The notes beneath the pieces were generated by a model. The model ran no database searches, had not been told where the DNA came from, and was given only the letters and a program-made list of their open reading frames with translations. A program made the position numbers and the translations under genes. From contig NC_087251.1 in NCBI RefSeq assembly GCF_037042905.1, forward strand, positions 5,582,001 to 5,646,000: a stretch of DNA of 64,000 bases, in the 5' to 3' direction. This document shows positions 52,578 to 64,000 of the stretch, piece by piece (within the stretch, counting starts at the first letter, position 1; each line of letters starts with the position of its first letter). Source of the stretch: Lytechinus pictus. Its lineage: Eukaryota.

Positions 52578-55500
52578 CTGTGAGATATTATAAAGAAAAC
52601 AGATAAATATTGTTTAATGTCATTTGTTACAGTGTCATTTATACTGTACATGAGCTTGGAATCATTAAGACCAAAGAAAAGGAAGATGCATCATTAAAGG
52701 CATTCAGAAAAACACATCAAACTAAATTTTAACTTATACCTGTATATTGAACAATTCTTATAACAAATTTATGTAATGTTATGTAATTGAATAAAAGCTT
52801 TCCATTTTTACTCTCCCACTAGACTCTTTTGCAAAAATTCGAAGGCTGTACTATCTTAGCAACTGAACAATAGGTGACTTAAGGAATGAACAGAGCCAGG
52901 AAAAATAGCCCCGTTCACATTTTTCCATGAAGGTCTGAATTTCTCTCTTTTAGATGGTTATCGTGTCATATATTTTTATTAAACCAATAAAGCCAACTTT
53001 AAAACTGTCGGATGGTATGCCATTGCAAACAGCTTTGACCAACTTGGAGTAAGATTTTCCTATGTGATCATGGCATTAGGGACAAAAATCATTATCATGG
53101 GTACAAAATACTGAGCTTTTTAAACATAAATCCTCCCTCTTGACAAAAAACAAAAATAGTTGGGGAAAATACGGGAAAGTATTTCAATTGATCTCAAGTT
53201 GATTAATGATAGTCTACATCACTTTGTATGAGTTACATGTAAGTACATGTATTACTAATAAATTTGAGAACATGGAAGAATTTGTCCAACAATGAAAACC
53301 ACTGGTATATAATCCAGAAACCTTCAATAGTGAATAAAACATAATGAAAAATACTCCAGACGGCTGATATTATTAATATTGGGATTATCAATATGGGTCA
53401 ATGACTCAATGTACCTGTATAAATAGTAGAAGAATGATAAAAGATAGAAGGCAAGCTTTATCCATCCTTCCCTCATACACCTGGATAGGATGTCTGCATT
53501 CATGATAGTAGTAGCATCATACAGACCAGGACCACTCATCACAGGCCGGTTCGCATATCTGGTAAAAGGAATGAATGAAACATACTTGAAAATAAAAATT
53601 TTGTTACATTTTTTTGTAATTTATTTAATATTTTCTATCAACATTCTATCAATAGAGTGGCTCGATCATTAAAGGGATGGTCCGGGCTGAAAGTATTTAT
53701 AGCTTAATAAATAGAGTAGAATTCAATGAGCAAAATACCAAAATTTCATCAAAATCGGATAACAAATAAAAAAAAGTTAATGAATTTTAAAGATTAGCAA
53801 TATTTTGTGAAAACAGTCGTCATGAATATTCATTAGGTGGGCTGATGTCACATCTCCACTTATATGAAATTAGGTTTATTAATTTTTTTCCTCCAAGAAC
53901 TAGAAAAATTGGATTGACAACTGATTTAGTGCATTAGATATTTATTGCTGCAACTTACCGGTATTTCATTATAAGGGAGAAATATTATTCACACAAGTAT
54001 GAAATAATGAAAAAAATATGATTTTATGTAATAACATAAGAAAACGGAAAGTGGGGATGTGACATCATCAGCCCACTTAATGAATATTCATGACTGTTTT
54101 CACAAAATATTGCTAAACTTTAAACTTCAATAACTTCATTATTTGTTATCTGATTTCGATGAAATTTTCGGCATTTTGCTCAGTGAATTCTACTCTATAT
54201 AAATTATTAAGATATAAATATTTTCAGCCCGGACCATCCCTTTAATATACACATTTTTATCCTTGGAAGTTGGGAGGGAGGGGGTGTGAGGGGGGGGCAC
54301 TTTAGAAAGTGAAATGCTTATTCAATACTGCCTTACTCCAGTTCAGATATTCATTAAAAACACTTTTATCTTTGTGTATTCGACTTGTATTCCATGCACG
54401 TATGATTATAAAGTCTTTTGTACATTAGTTCATTGGACTCAAGATGGCAGTCTTGCACAATATGGTTAGAGCTTTATAAAGTCCAGCATGAAAAGCAACT
54501 GTGGCCTTGTATGTTGCAACTTTTAAGCTTCAACTGGAATTATAATTTTTTTTTTATTGACATGAACCTTCTTTCATATTTGTTTTTTTTTTTAAAGTAG
54601 TGTTGACAAAACTTTTCTAATCATAAACAGCATGAAATCAATTGATTTAAATAAGTAAAAGTAAAAATAAACAGTAATGAATTTGGGCTAACAGTGACTT
54701 TCATTTTCATTTCATTCATATTCGAACAGAATTTGAATTCAATGGGTACATGATATTCACTTTCATGTTGTGTAATTTGGAAACACATACCTGGGTGTCA
54801 CAAATAAGGTCTCAAAAGTTGTGCAAGATTTACAAGAAAAAGTCATGAAACAATGTGGCACAAATTTTTCATGTTACAGATTCATTACAAAAATTGCCCG
54901 GTCCTTTTAGGCTAAAAGGGTGTCAACTAAGGTAGACTTACACTATCATGTATTAAAATAAAAACAATATAAAAGCTATTCCTTCTGATAGGTTTGAACC
55001 AATGCGTAGCCAACATAGCAACAACAGTGCTAAACACTCTAAAGCTATTTTTTATGTAGGCCAAGTCCCAATCATGGAATTGTAAAAATATATGCCTATT
55101 CAAGGATTTGTGTAACTAAAGGTTATCATATCAGATACAGAAAACAAAGCTTTCTAATGAAAAATAAAGCCAAAGGAGAGATTGTTTGCAGAATGCCGAA
55201 CTTCCATTTACATGTATTTATCAAATGCAAGTAGTTTGGGTAAATCAAAATATCATTCATGCTCAAACTTTGAATTAATTGTCAGACAAATCAAGAGATG
55301 ATATCATGAGAGATACTTTGTTGAAATATGTGATATAAAATCTGATAAAATCTACATCTAGCATACACATATGTCTAAATAAATTATTCAGGTAGCAAAA
55401 CTTTCTTTTTATTTTTGGTATAATACAACAAAATCATTTTTGAAAGCATGTAATTGGACAACAATTTCATAATGATATGTAATACTATATAGCTTTCTGA

Positions 55501-58500
55501 GTGATAACTGGATGAATGCAATCAATGTTCCATGAGTCTAATGTAAAAAAAAGCATTACTAAAGTATCCAATTCTGTTTTTATTTTTATAAAGACTCAAT
55601 TAAGGGAAATGATGCAAAAGTGTTGCAATGATACAACTTGAATTTGTATTTTTAAATTATTAATAATACAGTCTATCATAACAGTCTTTAACCTTGAATT
55701 ATTTTGTTGTGTTTTTTTTTCAAGACATCTCAATAGTTGAACCTCACTTGAAGGACTGAAGATAAAGAGTTTATGTAAATGATAACACCCCTCTTAAAAC
55801 CACATACCTGAAAATATGATATCCCATAAGAGGGAGGTTCAATGCTACTGTGAAGAGCTGACCAGCAATCAAGAACAGTACATTGTAGAAGATGTGGATG
55901 ATGTACTCTGGAAGTACAAGCTGTGAGGGGAAAAAATGTCATATAATGTAGTAGATATTTCTACATGTATTACATATCAAATAGGAGTGTCGCTGGGGCG
56001 AGCACATAATACGCCTGCCTATTACACGGAAAATGGAGTTATTGTTCAAGCAAGAAAAGTGGAAGTACTTTCCACTTTCAATCGTCACTATGAAAACGAA
56101 TGTACAGGTATAAACAACAAAAAGCAACAAAAGCTGTATCAAGGGTAAGATTAAAACATGTCACTGTGACCTTGACCTTTGACCTTCCTGGGATCCATGC
56201 TAGTATCATACACACCAAATTATATGAGCCTTGGTTAAGTTAAACTGAAGTTATCGCATTAACAACGACTGCAAAAGGGTAAGATGAAAACATGGCATTG
56301 TGACCTTGACCTTTGACCTTTTGAACTCAAGATCAATAGGCTTTCTGGGATCTATGCTAGTATCATACACACTAAATTACATGACCTAAGGTTAATTCAA
56401 ACTGAAGTTATTGCGTTTACAAGGAAAAGTTTACTGACGGACACCGAACGTGATACCATAATACGTCCCGTAGGACGGGCATATAAAAATTCAAATCATT
56501 TTGTTTCTTTCAAAAGATGTGAAGTAAATATATTACCTGATTACTTCTAGAAACTTATTGTGATGCAATGAAAAGTTCCTTTCACACAGATACTCTATAT
56601 TTCATCATGATAGCTATTATAAAATTCATAAGACTGAATTAAACCCTAACTTATATGATATAAGACAAATTTGTTCTTCTTCTCCTCTTCCTCCCACCTC
56701 TAGTCTGCTTTGCAAATCCGTCACGTTTTAATTGCTAGACTTTTGTGAAGACACATTTGTAGATCAACGCTTAATTCAGGGTCTGTGCCTGCAGACTATC
56801 CCTCATCCTCCTCTCCCCACATGAGTTTTACTCCTTTATGTCACATGATGAATTTTGACTCCTAACATGAAGGATGGATCATAATGCAATGACCGCAACC
56901 TTTCTGTATTCCTACTTACCGGGTTCAGGCTATTACACTGATCTATAGGGTTCTTGTAGTCAGTTTTCAGCTCATCAAAGGCAATAATCTGAAGGAGAGA
57001 ACAAAACACAATCAGCACATAAGTATTTCTATCTATATAAGTTATGTCAGTAATGATGTCAAACTACTCTTTTACCATCCAAACAGAATCACTAAATAAT
57101 GTTGCACATACAATGGACACATTTTACACCAATAACTTTGCAGAACTGTGAACGGGATTGGTTCTTGATTTTGCACATTGGAAGTGTACCGTATGCAGCT
57201 GATATTGTCGGATGTGAAATACACACCTGATTTCTCAATTTCTTTAAAATGTCATAAATTCATCAGGTTACCATTGCTATATGCATTTATGAACACAGTT
57301 TAAAAGTGATTTCTATTATCTGTTAGATCTTTAAAGACATAGGTTAGAAACAAAAAAATCTCATTAAAAGAATTATCTTGTTCTTTTTTGTTTGTAAAAT
57401 GAAATATTCTTCATATGGAAAAGAAAAACACTCTGGAAAGAAAATAAAATTCTTTCAGACACTTTCAAGATATCTGTGATTGAAAAATCATCATTTAATT
57501 TATCTCCTGCATAGTCTAATTTCAACACATGTAGTACATGTATATGGAATAAATTTGGGATGGTATCTCCAGCCACTTTCACCACTTTGTAAGGCACTAA
57601 AGAGTGATGTACAACTATTTCAGGGTTTAATTCTTACAACATATTACATGTACAGACAAAGCTCACAAAAGTGACAAATGGCACCATGCAGCTAAGATAT
57701 ATCAAAACAAGTGGAGCGCCTCTGGCAGTCTTGCCTGCATTACGCAATTCAATATAGCAGCAGTGCTGACTTTGAAAATGACTACCAGTATAGAATAATC
57801 ATTCACAAAAAACACAATTCATAAGATGATAAAATAGTATGTTCATTGACCCTAAATAACATTTGACCTTGATCGTGTGACCGTAGACTTGTGCAAGGCG
57901 ATCAGTGATACTTGATTACCCTTATGTCCACATTTGATTTCATGAACTAGATCCATAAAGTTTCAAAGTATGAAGGCAATTCAACAAATACCCCTGACAC
58001 AGCCAAAGTTAATTGACCTTGGTAATGTGACCTGAAACTCAAGCAGGATGTTCATTGATGTTTGATTACTCTTAATATGTCCAAGTTTCATTAACTAGAT
58101 CTACATATTTTCAGAGCTATGAGATTTAAAGAACGTTGGTTGAGATTTCGGATATACATAACATAATCTAAGTTCATTGACTCTAAATGACCTTTGTCAT
58201 GTGACCTGAAACTCACAAAAAATGTTCAGTGATACTTGATTACTCTTATGTCCAAGTTATGTTGAAAATCAACAAACACCCCAACATGGCCAAAGTTCAT
58301 TGACCCTAAATGCCTTTGACCTTGGTCATGTGACTTGAAACTCAGGCAGGATATTTAGTAATACTTGATTACCCTTATGTCTAAGTTTAATGAACTAGGT
58401 CCATATACTTTCTAAGTTATGACATTTCAAAAACTTAACCTTCGGTTAAGATTTTGATGTTGATTCCCTCAACATAGTTTATTGACCGTAAATGACCTTT

Positions 58501-61500
58501 GACTAAGGTTGTAACCGATTTTTAAATCGGCTCCGGATTTTATCCGATTTTACCACAATCGGCGTTCTTAATCGATAGCACCTAAAAATAAAGATGTCCC
58601 GCCAAACGTTCATTAACCTGTGATCTATGACAATTATTTTCATTTTATTTTCCTTTGCGACTTTGCTCGGAAGATGAGTCGTTCGTTTATCTTTCTAATA
58701 AAAATCATTTGGTTTATTTTAAAGCAGTAACACCTTAAAACTCTTTTAAAACATGTTCCAAACCATCGCGCATGTTGGCGACTTCCATTCCAATGCATTC
58801 GTCTTTGTGACTTTGTCAGGAAAACGCGACTGCTAAAATTTTTTTGATGTATTCCTTGTTTTTAAACATTGCCAATTCAATTTTCAAGAAGCTTAACTGC
58901 CAATCCGATTTTCGATCTGATTTTTTATCCGATTTACAACATTACCTTTGACCTTGGTCATGTGACCTCAAACTCTAGCACGATGTTCAGTAATACTTGA
59001 TAACCACCAAGTTTCAAATACTTGGCCCATATACTTTCTAAGTTATGATGACATTTCAAAAACTTAAACTTTGGTAAAGATTTGATGTTGACGCTGACCC
59101 GTCGCCGTTGGAAAAACGGTGAATAAAGTCTCGCTCTGTTATGCAAGAACATGATAAAAGAAGAATTTTAAAAACCTCAGATTCAAGCACATTTTTTTTG
59201 TTTTGATGACCCCATTTCTTAAATCTCAGTCTTCTCTAGACCAAAAGCTTCGGTCTCTGTTATATTGGTTGTTCCGCTGAACTCCGTTGGCTCCACTCAC
59301 CAAATACAGAGACCGAAGTTCTAGCTCGATCTGTACAGGGGACTCAATGGCCATGTTTATTTATTAAGTTCGGATAAAACAGGGAAGTGAAGTTGCGCGA
59401 CAGCCGAAGTAAGTCACTGTTTTTTCCCCTTTTAAGTTTATTTTTCCCGTTTTGGTGCATTTCAGGCCAAAACGGAATAATAATCTTTATTTTGGTACAG
59501 TTCTTTTTATATATTTTTATGAAATAAAGACAAAAATCGATGAGCCCCGTCGGGGGGATTTTGCATTGTTAATCCCCTAATGGTGGCTGCACGATAGCGA
59601 GCCGTTTCTGTACGAGGAGAAATAAAAGAAATTAAAAAATGTTAAATAACTCCTCGAAACAGACGGCTGCCAGCTGTCTAACTCTAACTAAGTCTTCTCG
59701 TGCTAGATTATAATAATACAGATATCCCGATCAAATTTAGTGAGCGATATACCTGTGTTGTAATGGGGTGAAGAATGTACAGCATTTTCCTGGTTTAAGT
59801 CATCAGTGCATTCACTGCCGTTTATTTCGTCAGCGCTGATGACTTCTTTCCTCTCCCAGTGTAGTCACAGTAGTGCACACAATGACACACACCAACAGTC
59901 ACACACGAGAAGAGAGGTGACTAATTTCACGAAGTCGAAGGCCAAATCATAATATGTACTGGCTCGTGAAAATAACTAAGACAAGTCTAGGTCTAGCTAT
60001 TGAATATACCTACATGTAAATCTAACGTAAGATCTAAGTCAGATCTGAATGCATTTCCGCATACACGTTAGCCGGTTAGGGCCGAATTGTTTAAGAAACT
60101 TAGTAACATGCACCCATGGGTTCATATCGTCTCGCGTGCGAAGGAATATCAGTCATATGCACGCGACACACACGACACATTCAAAATATACTGGGCTTTT
60201 GCCCACATAAAATATCACGCATAATCTGACAAGGGAAAGACTAGGCACCTACACTATTTTACACGCAAATGTACGCAAGGCATTGATTACGCGAAGTCCG
60301 TGAAGTGTCCAATCTTTTCATTGTATAGACTTTGGTATACCGTATAGTGCCGTATTATTTGACGTTCGTTAAATAAAGCTTGTACTGCTGGTTTCATTCC
60401 AGGCATGTGTATTTTTTTCATTTTTTTTTATTAGTCATCGTTTTAAATTAATCGCAAAAAAGTGTTATCATCGCCAATAGTAATCTTGAATTATGTTTTT
60501 GAAGGTATTTCATTTATTGGTGCCCATAATTAGTAAATTAATCATAAGAATTGCGCATTCAAAGAATTTAGACACAGTTACAAAATTACCGAGGAGCTGA
60601 ATCAAGGTTGTGAAATTTATTAGCGCCACCAACGGGCTTCCTTGTATTTCCGTAGAAGAGACAAACGAAGTCACTTGCTAGGCCGAGGTAAGCGAAATTT
60701 GCTCTTTTTTTAATGAAATTACTTCATAATCATAGGGCCTATGGCTATGTATAATTTTTTTATGTATTGCTACTTACCGGAAAGAGCCCCGGTGCGTAGC
60801 GAGAAGGAGTTTCGGCAAATATTACTTCAGCAATGAAGCGATGTTTGCCGACTACTTCGAAATCCAGGGTCAAACCACTCCTAGTACCAATGAGGTCCAA
60901 ACATTACATGTATGGACCTCATACTAGGTGACATCAGTAGTATTTTTGGTTAGAAATCTCTGAGAACAGGATATTTCTATATTATATCACAAGTACAAGC
61001 TATATTCCTTTCTCTTATTTAAATTATAATTTTATAGTGTAAATGCATCGTTAGCAACAACAAAAAAATGAAAGAAATGAAGGGGAACTTACATTTTCAC
61101 TGCTTTTTCCTGATTTTCTGGGCAGTTGCTCTTCACTTCTGACTCGCGATCGAAGCTGATATGAAGATCACGTGATTCGCGTTCTCGTCGGCTGATCGGT
61201 TGATTATTCTTTTCGTCAGACGTTAATAATATATATTTTATAATGCTAGCATTCATCGCTAATTTAGGTGAAAGAGATTGAAGTTAAACAGCGCCAGGTC
61301 GGAATCATAATTATTTTGGAAGAGTGTATTTATACACTCGATCTCATACCTGACGTAGACGGCGCTATTCAACAAATGCACAATCTTCAATATAAAAAAT
61401 AAAACAGAAAGAACGCCTTGAACACAGGCCAAAATGCCTAACGATTTCTCCGCGGCATTAACAACTATCATAAAGGGCACTCCATTTATTATTAAAGATG

Positions 61501-62057
61501 GACGTATAGCTGTCTATGGCGACAAAATTTGCCGCAAATATTTACGAAGAATTGTGAGAAATGGTCTGAAAATGCAACAAAAGAACCGGTGAGTACCGAT
61601 TAAACATTATCAATTTATTTAATAGAACATATTTTATGACTTCAGTTTAACAATTTCTAGATAATATTGCTTAGTTCTAAGCTAGGGCTGCCCAAATGCG
61701 CGTGAGTGGAGTCCCAGTTTATTAACACGGGTAAGTATTGGGGTGTCGCCTAGAGTGGGTCAAACACGGTCCCTGGCCTTGTACGACTACGAGGTTGGTA
61801 TATAATTAATATACTAACCTCGTATATTAGTGCGAGTGAGTAACATGAAACTAAGTAAGCGGGACCGAACAATATTCGATACCGCCCTATTTTGGACGAC
61901 CAACATCATAACCTAATTTTAACTGACATTAATTTTATTTTGAAACATTCAACCATTTCAATTCGAGCAAACTTACGTGGAATATTGCAAAGAAGATCAA
62001 AACAGCAGCCAATATCATGGCCAGCAAGTAGCAAAAAGCGACAAATGTAAACGCCAT
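52550..62057 (-). CDS. CNIH1: Protein cornichon homolog (CNIH1-like), join(62057-61977,56988-56920,55920-55808,53558-53415,52577-52550), 144 aa
   Basis: MAFTFVAFCYLLAMILAAVLIFFAIFH / IIAFDELKTDYKNPIDQCNSLNP / LVLPEYIIH... / YANRPVMSGPGLYDATTIMNADIL...KLAFYLLSFFYYLY / SMIYVLVSS*; exons of 81/69/113/144/28 nt, all GT-AG. Confidence 0.96.
53415..53558 (-). CDS. CNIH1: cornichon exon 4
   Basis: YANRPVMSGPGLYDATTIMNADILSRCMREGWIKLAFYLLSFFYYLY. Confidence 0.95.
53673..54241. mobile_element. TTAA-target MITE (Kolobok-type) in cornichon intron 3
   Basis: TTAA|AGGGATGGTCCGGGCTGAAA...TTTCAGCCCGGACCATCCCT|TTAA. Confidence 0.88.
55808..55920 (-). CDS. CNIH1: cornichon exon 3
   Basis: LVLPEYIIHIFYNVLFLIAGQLFTVALNLPLMGYHIF, CAG/GTATGT borders. 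Confidence 0.94.
55978..56490 (+). mobile_element. Helentron/HINE-like non-autonomous element
   Basis: TGACCTTGACCTTTGACC repeats; CATAATACG motif near both ends; 3' self-complementary motif followed by an A-run. Confidence 0.6.
56920..56988 (-). CDS. CNIH1: cornichon exon 2
   Basis: IIAFDELKTDYKNPIDQCNSLNP, CAG/GTAAGT borders. Confidence 0.96.
57705..59160 (+). mobile_element. Helentron/HINE-like element with an internal tandem array
   Basis: AAACAAG start; ~130-170-bp TGACCT-rich tandem units; A-run end. Confidence 0.6.
58504..58944. mobile_element. hAT-type MITE nested in the Helentron-like array
   Basis: 8-bp TSD CCTTTGAC; TAAGGTTGTAA...TTACAACATTA. Confidence 0.8.
61977..62057 (-). 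CDS. CNIH1: cornichon exon 1
   Basis: MAFTFVAFCY... then GTAAGT donor. Confidence 0.95.
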
Positions 62058-62283
62058 GTTGGAACCCGACAGCCTACTCTCGCAGTGTGTCGCCCTCTGG
62101 GGTTGAAAAAGGAGGAGGAAGGGGAGGAGGAGCAGGAGCCAGAAGCAGGAGGGGGAGAAGAAAAAAAAAGAAGTTATGTGCCAATAAGAAATTACTGAAA
62201 ATATGTGAATGAAATACGAAAGATAGACATCTTTAATCAACAAGGATGAAGTTATTACATGTAGATCGAGGTTTTCCGGTTGC

Positions 62284-62563
62284 CAGTGGCGTACCTAGGA
62301 TTTTCCAGAAGGGGGGCAAATTTTTTGGAGGATTTTGACAAGCAAAAAAAAAAAGAAAAAGGTCTTCAACCACAAATAAAGGGTTTCTTACCACAAAAAA
62401 ATTTGACAAGCAAAAAAAAAAAAAAAAGTATTCCGGTTCAAAAGAGGGGGGACGTCCCCTGTATCAGTTGTGACTCGTCAGGGGGGGCAGGGATACGTCC
62501 CCTGCATGAGTTGTGACTCGTCAGGGGGGGCAGTCTGCCCCCCCCCCCTTAGGTACGCTAGTG
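62284..62563. mobile_element. hAT-type MITE upstream of cornichon
   Basis: 8-bp TSD CCGGTTGC; CAGTGGCGTACCTA...TAGGTACGCTAGTG. Confidence 0.88.
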
Positions 62564-63099
62564 CCGGTTGCCCTAGGCCCGACATGATTATTTTCCTCGG
62601 TGAATGTTCTCTATTACTGAATTCTTCTCGAGAGACCAACCGCCAGGCCTAACAATGCCAGTATTTCACGGGTGTAAATCACAAGGGAGCGGGGTCGGGG
62701 GAATGGGATGATAAATATATTCCCCCACACTTTTCGGAGAGGGGGGTGACATGTATTATCATCCTTCCACACACACACACACTTTTCAAGACAGAAACAT
62801 TTTTTTTAGTCATCAAAATAATTAATACTACTGGTAATGCGTGGATTAATTAAAAGGCAGGGTTACTTCATGTAGATGACAGATCACAACAATTAGTGTT
62901 ACACCACGTGCATAAAATGTTCTATTCGGATAAATTAGATCATTATATAGCAAATAATTTCACCCGTGTATCAAATATCCATAGGTACACAACTCGAAAT
63001 AGTAACTTTAATTTTGTATTACCAAAACGTGAATGACATATAGGGAACACTTTTTATTTTAATGGCATCCAATCTTGAAAGTTGGAATGCACTTCAGTT

Positions 63100-64000
63100 T
63101 TTTTTCAGTTCAATTTCATTTATTTCCAATTAAAAATCACAATATAAAAATTCATAAAAATACATAATTGAGCAAATGTAAACCATATTCATGTACATGT
63201 ATTACAAAAGTCATCCACATAAAATATATATGTATACAATAAGTTAACATTTTAAACAACAGAGGAAATAGGGAAATTATAAAAACCCCAAAATAGAGTT
63301 TGTCTAGATAACCTCCCTTAAAGGAATTAGACAAAATATAATTAACAAAGTAAGATATAAGAAACTTATTTGCCCACAATAAAACACAAGATCAAACAAT
63401 AAAGGGGAACAAACAAACAAAAAAAAAAAAAACCAAACAAACCCTACACAAAGGTAAAAGGTGGAAAATAAATCTACACAAGTTGAAGATTGATTAAATG
63501 CTGCTTTATACTTATTTTAAATGCATTATGATTATTTATTGATGTTATATTACTTGGCAGGTCGTTCCAAACTGTTGGTGCTTTATGACTGAATGAAAAT
63601 AAAAGATAGGATTTTTCGGCTGCCCATAAATGATATTTATTTTTATTCCTTGTATTATAGTTATGTACTGACATATTTAATGAAAGCATATTATTAAGTA
63701 AACGAGGTAAAACCCCAATTTTATGTTTGAAACATAAAATCAAGATGCAATATCTATTCAACTGATAAATGTCAAGAATTTTGAGTGATCTGAACAGAGG
63801 CCTACTATGGGCATAACATGAATTCAAAGAACATATTCTAACAGCTTTCTTTTTTAATAAGAAAAGGGACTTCAACTTAGATTTGTAAGTGTTTGCCCAA
63901 ACAGCATTACAGTAAGTAAAAAATGGTAAAATAAATGTATTGTAAAGCAATCTCAGTATATTTTTAGGTAATACTGTTCGCAGCTTACCGACGATACCAA
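63100..64000 (-). mobile_element. CR1-group LINE 3' end (RT C-terminus and 3'UTR), continuing beyond the right edge
   Basis: LYNTFILPFFTYCNAVW..KKAVRI..HSRPLF..LKIL..HNYNTR..WNDLP motifs; open frame 63474-64000. Confidence 0.85.

Overview
AT-rich, repeat-dense eukaryotic (animal) genomic DNA. The repeat landscape suggests a marine invertebrate deuterostome such as a sea urchin (inference). Three spliced protein-coding genes lie on the minus strand. (1) A complete 5-exon cornichon homolog (144 aa; ATG 62057, stop 52550-52552). (2) A complete 8-exon Cys-loop nicotinic acetylcholine receptor alpha-type subunit, alpha9/10-like in M2 (~455 aa; ATG 40943, stop 21172-21174), whose ligand-binding aromatic box is strongly altered. 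(3) The first two coding exons (13830-13758 and 241-18) of a tandem paralog that runs off the left edge and is not in the ORF track. Introns and intergenic DNA are full of non-autonomous DNA transposons (Harbinger-, hAT-, Kolobok/TTAA-, EnSpm-, Tc1/pogo- and Helentron-type, often nested), LINE and SINE fragments, and microsatellites. They also hold several Penelope-like fragments carrying minimal type I hammerhead ribozymes, including a perfect 130-bp inverted pair. A 9.9-kb segment in the paralog's first coding intron is bounded by inverted repeats and a 7-bp direct repeat. All exon and TE family calls were made by eye; no searches were run.
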